Below, piece by piece: positions 56,345-64,000 of a DNA stretch of 64,000 nucleotides. The stretch is from Tubiluchus corallicola (Eukaryota > Animalia > Priapulida): NCBI GenBank assembly GCA_030141605.1, contig JAQGDQ010000071.1, forward strand, positions 351,605-415,604, given 5' to 3'. Position numbers and translations under genes: made by a program. Below the pieces are notes generated by a model. That model saw only the letters and a list, made by a program, of their open reading frames with translations. It had not been told where the DNA came from and did no database searches. The first letter of the stretch is position 1. Each line of letters begins with the position of its first letter.

Positions 56345-57545
56345 TATGTAGCAGTAGACTAATTTGTTTTTGTGTGCCAGTCCTTGCTGTTTACCTGTGA
56401 CCATGTTTAATCCCTTTTCAAAAGTGGGAGGAATAGTGTCCTAGTAATGCTTAGCAGTATCTTTTTATTACCTAGATCATTGGAAATAAATGTAATTGAC
56501 TAAAGCAGCAACCGAATTGCAACAGCGGAAAACTGATAATTTCATTTCTGCCTTTTTGAACATCATCGATCAGGTTTTATTACTTGAGGTAATATTTTTT
56601 TTAAAAGGAAACACTTGTTTTGTAGCTGAGCAGAACTTCCTTAGCCTTTCGTTTAAGACTTTGGTGCTCGGTACTCTTGCTGCTTATGCCCAAAACAACT
56701 AGACCTGCTACTGCCGGCAAAAGTATATTTTTTCCAAAGTTACTAGTAGAAGCTTTAGTGTAGTTCTATAGCTTTATTTACAGTATGTTTTAGTGATAGT
56801 ATTTATGTTGCTAGTAGTTGATTTAGGCCAAAGCTACAGAGCTATAATCTGGTTTTTTTCCTTCATTAGCTGGTTCTGTTTCGATTACTTTATTCCTCAA
56901 ACTGATTTTAAAAACAAGTGATTTTCTCAACATTATTATCTGTATATTCGTGCCAAAATTTGGGCATCGTTAACTTATTGATTATAATGATTTCAGTTTA
57001 TAATTCCTAATACAATTTAAATTACGCGTAAGTTCAAAATTTAAATAAAAAGAATTTTTGTGCATGAAATTAATGTTATGTTGTTATAGCAACGTTCACT
57101 TTGTTGTTGATGTTTTGTCGTTTATTGTTAAGACAGAATGCATCTTTTGCATACCGTTGTTGTTATCCTTGTTAATAGTATTGTTATTATTTTTGCATAA
57201 AATTGATTTTGAATTATGCACATTCTAAAGCGAGCAAAATGACATTAAGATTGGAGTACACTGTAAAAATGAATAAAAATTATGCCCAATAGCGTAATTT
57301 TTGTAATTCAGTTTTATTAATAAAGCTATAATGCAAAATCGTTGAGTATTATGATAATTTTTATTATTTGTACAAAAACTACATGTTGTTATCGCAATTG
57401 TGACATTTTAAGGCCGTTTTTATATATTTGTAATAAATCTATATACAAAACTAATTCTAAGGACTTAATCCAACAGTAAAATTTAACATTGCAATTTTTT
57501 GATAACCGGAAGTAAGTAATGCTTCATGCATGCCCTGAATTTAAC

Positions 57546-59877
57546 TTAATAACAATAACATCGTTGGCCACCTACTGGACGATGTAAAGTGTTATCATGG
57601 CGAATCGGACTCGTTGAATATCCATGCTGTCGGTATTTACTGGGATGGCCGTAGCTGTAATCGTCGTTAGCATATCCGCCATTGTGATAAGTTTTCGTTG
57701 ATGGATAATCGTAGCCGTAGCCGTCGTAAGAATGGCTTAATATTGGTCGAACTATGTCGTACTTGTATAACGTTTCTGGTTGATAATATTCATGGCCTTC
57801 CCTAGGACAAGAAGCAAAGCATTTAATTATGTTCATCGACTTGTTAATTAAACTATATTAACCCCGATGTATATACTCGGTGTAGCAATAGATGCATTTC
57901 AAAAAAAGAGTTAAAATTCAAGCGAGACCACGTGACTAAAATACACATGCAATCGCTGCAGTTGGGTGTTTAAATAAACTTGTTATTCTTTATAGTAAAA
58001 TATTTCGTTAAAATATTTTTATAGTAAAAGAGAAATAAAAAGCGGTTTCTACTGAAAAATTTTCGTATGTCTACGATTTAACTTCTAATAAAGTCATAAC
58101 TTACTTTACTGATATTTTGGTAATTGGTTAAAAATATATTAACATAGCTTCTGTTTTAATAAATTTAATAATTTTACGAAGTGCACTGTAGTGACATCTA
58201 TTAACGAATAAGTTAATTAATCAGTGTTCTGTGCCCACTGCGAACCTTACAAACTGGTTTTAGGCATGATTGCGTTATCCATCGTTAAACAAGAAATTTA
58301 ATAATCACGATCAAGTGAATTTAAACAAGTGAACAGCTGTTTTAAAAGCAAACAAACTAAGTATGATTTCAGTAACACTTGATTTCAGACAATGTTGTTC
58401 ATATAATTTGCCAGATAATTACTATCAAAACAATTTGTTACTTTTTGGCGCTTGTTAAATTGCAAAACAATATAATAAGTTTCAGCCGTTTTGAATTATA
58501 ACTTTAGTTTAGTTTTGTTTAGTTTTGTCTGTATGCTTACTTGTAATCGTAGTCGTAACCTCTAGATTTTGCTGAGGTCTCCTTCGCGTAGGATTTATCT
58601 TGACTAGTCAAAGTTCCGTGAGCCCGACCAGAGCGAGAAAATGAGGTTTCGCTACTTTTCTGCCCATCTCCTTCCAACTTGCCTTTGCTCACCGGTCCGT
58701 ACGTTGTGGTGTGAAAATAAGTTTTTGGAGCTGGTGCTACTTTGTGATAGGCTGCTGTGTTGCCCTTATAGCCGTGTGGAACAGCACCTCCGGGAGCAAA
58801 CGCCACATCGTTCCGGTACGATGGCCCACTGGCGCTTACCATGCTAAGTACAGCAACGGCTAGAACGGCAACAAGAATCGTATCCCTGCAACGAAAATTT
58901 GCATTAGCCTTGTGTTAAGTGCACAGGTAAGAAGTGTATCATCATCATGATCATCGCCGTCGTCTTCATCGTAGTTGCATTCATCATTCGTCATTATCAT
59001 CATCAAAACAGCAGCAGCAGCAACAGCAATAGCAACAACGACAACAACAACAACAATTACTTCTACAACTACATTACTATTACTGCTACTGCTACTAAAA
59101 CTACAACAATAATTACAACAACAGTAGCATGATTAACAGTAACAACGACGGTAGCATCAGCAACAAGCAACATCAACATTATAACTACCCGGAACTGGTA
59201 TTTGCCAGATGATAAAGTTCCCAACTCTTACAAGCATGGGTCTAAATTCAACTTAAAATTTGAAACAAAAACTTTTGCAAAATTTAGATTTACAGTTTAA
59301 GAACGTGGTCCTAATTCTGAATTTTCGCATCTTTTTAACATGTTTATTTAAAAAATCAATTAATTGAATAAGCTTTGAAATCAGTAATGAGCATAAGTAT
59401 CCACTTTTTTAAAGAAAATTGCACAAACGTGGATGTAAAAATACGTCAAAAGCTTGTTGTGCGCTTCAGTACTAAGTTCGCACTATAATTTGCAAATTTT
59501 ACAAATAAATTTACATTTCATTATTAACAAGAAGATAATATTATTAGATAACATTATTGTAATCCTTTTATAGAATATTTCAATTACAAGCTGTTATTTC
59601 GATACTATTTTTGTAGTTTTAAACTTCAAATCAAACGTTTGCACATTTTTTTTTAAATTGATTATTTATGCTGACTGCTGAATTGAGCAAATTAGACTAG
59701 ACTGCTGATCAAAAATTTTAAACTTGCTAATAAAAAACATTTTCAGAAAATGAATAGGACTCTGTGCATCGTTAATTTATAAAGCTAGCAACTAAATGAC
59801 TTTTTACAGATTTATCAAAATCATTCAAACGTTTACATCAAGTTTTGAAATAAAAAAACAGTTACTCGCACTTACAT
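57546..59877 (-). CDS. Secreted Tyr/Gly/His-rich low-complexity protein, 200 aa; coding exons 59876-59877 (AT), 58541-58885, 57546-57801
   Basis: CAAAAT|gtaagt...ttgcag|GGATACG gives MDTILVAVLAVAVLSMVSA (signal peptide). A phase-2 join DYK|EGHEYY follows; ends RCYCY*. Probable non-coding exon at ~60714-60757 with TATTTAAA upstream. Confidence 0.75.
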
Positions 59878-61015
59878 TTTGAAGTTTTGCTCTCTGACCG
59901 TAGGCCTGCGATTGTGGAACAATTTGACAACTGTGGCAGTCGGGAAAATGTGGAAAGCATTTATAGAGGCCAATTAGAAACGTCCTCCAAATGATAGCGG
60001 TCATGGCGTAAAAACTGGGTGCCAATTTCAGGAAAATGCACTAGTTTCTGGGCGGAAAATTACCATCGTTAGCGTATATACAGGATATTAAGCCCTACAT
60101 TTATAGACAATAACGCTGTGTTAATGTTTAAAGGTTTCCAGCAAGAAACACGGGTTAGTTGTTCGTTTTTTTCTATTTTTATGTGTTAGGCAAACGTGGA
60201 CACCAAAACTTTAGTATAAATTATCGAAACTTCAGTATAATGACGAATTGGTTTATGACAATTTATAAGTGACTCCTCAATTAGACATATTACGTACGTT
60301 GTGTTTCAGGAAATGATAATTCGTTGTATTTTCTAAAAAATAATCATATGTATCTGTAAACTTAATAAAGATTTAAATTGTTTATTACAGAAAAATATCC
60401 GTTTCATAGACAGATCATTGTATAACAAGTTTCAATAAATTTTTATTAGAAAAATGCAGTGTTTCTACTACATCATTTCCGGCCACCCGTCTTACTTGAA
60501 TACACAGTTACTTTGCAAACCTTTCAATTATTATGTCTTTTTTCGCTATATTACATCAACCCATATACATTTGTACCTCTAATGATATCGAAAAAGCAAA
60601 ATATTTAATGACGACTACGTGTTTTAACAAGCTCGGTTATACGTGTTAGCAACTTGTGCAACTTAGCAACAACGAACATGATAGCAACTTTTTGACATTT
60701 GTTTTAAACTTACGAATTCTAATTAATATTACTCTAATTAATAGCAGTTGTGAATTGAGTTCGATTCCTCCAATGTTCACTGTTTAAATAAGTACTTGAC
60801 TGTGGTTACGTTGTGCTGATGCTTTGCTGCTGTTATTCACTATGAGATTTTGCAGTATTATTTGTTCACTTAACATGCTTCATTCAATAGGACTTTCTGG
60901 ACAACCCAATGCCCATTCTTAAAAGTTACGTCTCTTTGCGGTGTAGAAGGTATTGGGTTCGACTCTTCAGTCCCTTATAAGCATCTCGTTGACAAAACTA
61001 ATGTCTAATGTGTCT

Positions 61016-61137
61016 AGACATAGACATAGACATAGACATAGACATAGACATAGACATAGACATAGACATAGACATAGACATAGACATAGACATAGACATA
61101 GACATAGACATAGACATAGACATAGACATAGACATAG
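61016..61137. repeat. (GACATA)n hexanucleotide microsatellite, ~20 copies
   Basis: Direct reading. Confidence 0.95.
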
Positions 61138-62095
61138 AACATTTATTTTCTCCAATTAGTTTAACATCAAACGTTTTTTAAATATTAAGTAATTATAATC
61201 ATGGAGCAGGGCAGGGAAGGACCGTAGGGTCTTCTAGTCTCCTGCCATTTCTTATAAATAGATTAAGACATTAAAAATTAACGGTGATGCTGCAGATAAC
61301 AAAAACAAAAACAAATAAGAAAAAAATAATAATAAAAACAGTATAAATGATACAAATTATTCAAAAAGAACTGAAAACAAAAAATAATAAAGTTAGATCT
61401 AAACAAAACAATACAATTATTCAGTAATTAGGATTATTATATGTAGTAGTTTCAAATGGGGTCTTATTAACAGGGGAATTTGGCCAAGGTTAGTGAGTAA
61501 AGTTAAAAACTGAGAGTACGGAAAGAAAAAAATAAGCATAAAAAGTGTAATATAGAAAAATTTATGAGAAAAAGTAACTATGAGAAAGAGCAACAATTAC
61601 TTAGGAGATGAGTTTACTCTAGGTAAACTAATGTGTGGAATTATAGTACTAGTTACAAATTAGTCAGTGCGTGCCCTTGAGATGTATGCAACTAAGCAGA
61701 GTAGGACTAAACCCAATAATTATTTGTAAACCTGTAAATTGGTGAGCAAGCTTCGCAGTAAACCGTTTGCCGTAAAAATAGATGCGCATATTATGAACAA
61801 TACCAAGTTTTAAATACGAATACAGAATTTGGAGATTCTAATGTGAATTAAACGAAAAATTCAAATTTTCAAAAAATATCTTTTATCCATTAAGTTAAAT
61901 CATTACTGACTTTAAAAAACTGTTCGATACCTTTCTGACACTTTAAATCGTTTTCTCTTGATTGGAAGTTGAAGTGGTGAGAGCGAGTATCTGTGCACTA
62001 TCCTGATTTTTTTGTATTTTTAATTTCAATGCCAAAAATGTTTGCTTGTTCATGTACATCATATCTATGTTAACTCGTCTTAAGAAACTGCTAAT

Positions 62096-62214
62096 GTCTA
62101 CGGCCATATCACATTGAATACACCGGTTCTCGTCTGATCACCGAAGTTAAGCAATGTAGAGCGTGGTTAGTACTTGGATGGGGGACCGCCTAGGAATACC
62201 ACGTGCTGTAGACT
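62096..62214 (+). rRNA. RNA5S: 5S rRNA, copy 1
   Basis: 119 nt, GTCTACGGCCATATCAC...GATCACCGAAGTTAAGC...GTTAGTACTTGGATGGG...GCTGTAGACT; complementary ends, A and C boxes, T5 terminator. Confidence 0.95.
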
Positions 62215-62918
62215 TTTTAGCTAGTGACTATTAACTATCAAAGTGTGTGCACAACACGACCGTTTCATTTTGACAGTATTGTTTTTGATTTTTGGAAGTT
62301 GAAGTGGTGAAAATAAATGTCTGTCTCGACATTATGTTGATTTTTTTTGCATTTTAATGTGAAAGACTATCTACTTGTTGCATTTCTCCAATATTATACA
62401 AAGTAAGGAAAAATGAAAATAAAACTAGAAAATCAGCCACTGTCCTTCAAAAATGATTTTTGATTTTCATAAAAAATCAAAACAGATACTTTGTTACTAC
62501 GTTCACCTTCATCTATCTATTATTTCTATATTATCTGTCTATAACAAAATGCAGAAGTTAAGCAACCTCAAACCTGGTTTTGCGTTTGAATGGGTGACTG
62601 CCCGGTACTTACATTTTTCTAAATGATCAGGAAGGGTGATGACAAATGCTGTAAGATCTTTTTCACCACTCAAAAATGGATTTTTGTTCTGACAAATATT
62701 TTTAAATGAAGAATCTTTTTGCTTGTTCATGCTTGATCATTCCCATGTTTAATTATGTCATATCTAGAAGGTAATATACTTAAGCACGGTATTCAACCTC
62801 CCTGACATTTTATAATTTCATGTGATATTTCTGTTTATACTTTGCATTAAAATGCTAAAAAGGTTTACTTGTTCATGTACATCATTTCTATGTTAACTCA
62901 TCTTAAGAAACTGTTAAT

Positions 62919-63037
62919 GTCTACTGCCATATCACATTGAAAACACCGGTTCTCGTCTGATCACCGAAGTTAAGCAATGTAAAGCGTGGTTAGTACTTGG
63001 ATGGGTGACCGCCTAGGAATACCACGTGCTGTAGACT
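62919..63037 (+). rRNA. RNA5S: 5S rRNA, copy 2 (823-bp period)
   Basis: Same 119-nt unit with 4 differences; shared upstream and downstream spacer; T5 terminator. Confidence 0.92.
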
Positions 63038-64000
63038 TTTTAGCTAGTGACTATTATCTATCGAAGTGTGTGCACAACACGACCGTTTCATTTTAACAGT
63101 ATTGTTTTTGATTTTTGGAAGTCGAAGTGGTGGGAATAAGTGTCTGTCTCGACATTATGTTGATTTTTATTTGCTTTGCATTTTAATGTCTAAAACTATC
63201 TAGTAGTAGTAGTAGTAGTAGTAGTAAAATCTTTATTCGCCATTATAAAACATTGACCATCATATTAAAAGACAGACAATCAGTGTTAGTCCATATAAAA
63301 AACATACACTGTTCTAGGCAAATGCGTCTGGTGCAAGCTAAACTATAAGTGCAACTAGAAATTCAAAAAATAAAATATAAACTAGTTTAGTAAGGTCTAG
63401 GAAAAATGAAATTATGATTTGAGTAAGTATCATCGTGTTCGTATGTCGGATAATGTCAAAAACTATCTATTTGCTACGTTTCTCGAATATTACACAATGT
63501 GAAGAAAAATGAAAATAAAACTAGAAAATCAGCCACTGCCCTTCAAAAATTATTTTTGATTTTCATAAAAAATCAAAACAGATACTTTGTTCCTACGTTC
63601 ACCTTAATCTATCTATTATTTCTATATTATCTCTTTTCAACGAAATACAGAAGTTAAGCAACCTGGAACCTGGTTTGGTTTTGTGTTTGAATGGGTGACT
63701 GCCCTTGGCTTACATTTTTTTAAATGGACGGGAAGGGTTCTGACAAAAGCTGTAAAATCTTCTTCAACACTCAAAAATGGATTTTTGTTCTGACAGATAT
63801 TTTTGTAAAACTATGTCACGAAGATTTTGCATATTGTGTTTTTTTGTTCCACATGTGTGCGCCATTTTTGTTCCAGTGGCAAAATTCGATTTTATGCGTG
63901 ATAAACAATTTACAGTTTTAAATAAATCTTTTTGTATTAAATAATTGGAACTTATCCGTGATTGTATTTATATTTTGGTACGGAACTGCCGGGAAAAGAG

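Noticed and set aside
60953-61159. (HR)n and (LC)n ORFs
   Set aside because: Translation of (GACATA)n; the same applies to the (TH)n/(CV)n ORFs at 33.5-33.9, 38.1 and 41.2 kb.

Overview
AT-rich, intron-rich genomic DNA from a metazoan invertebrate (taxon not determinable). Host genes reconstructed by hand from splice sites and reading phase: complete CDC42 (-); a secreted Cys-rich prepropeptide (-); the 5' half only of an animal heme peroxidase (+); a PLEKHG7-like DH-PH RhoGEF lacking its 5' end (+); a ~1408-aa GH18 chitinase-like protein with ~42 His/Glu/Tyr/Pro 14-mer repeats and a C-terminal CBM14 (+); a secreted Tyr/Gly/His-rich protein whose ATG is split by an intron (-); and two 5S rRNA genes. 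There are also decayed LINEs, hAT MITEs and mini/microsatellites. The standout is a ~4.6-kb GC/CpG-rich, virus-like palindrome (21192-25793): two ~2.1-kb inverted arms around a 333-bp spacer. Each arm carries overlapping ORFs for a DEDD-exonuclease-like protein and an intronless, divergent TATA-binding-protein (TBP) homolog. The arms have motif-rich termini and there is a terminal hairpin, but no transposase and no target-site duplication (TSD). The element lies exactly where the truncated peroxidase meets the truncated RhoGEF gene. Family assignments come from motif recognition by eye, not database searches.
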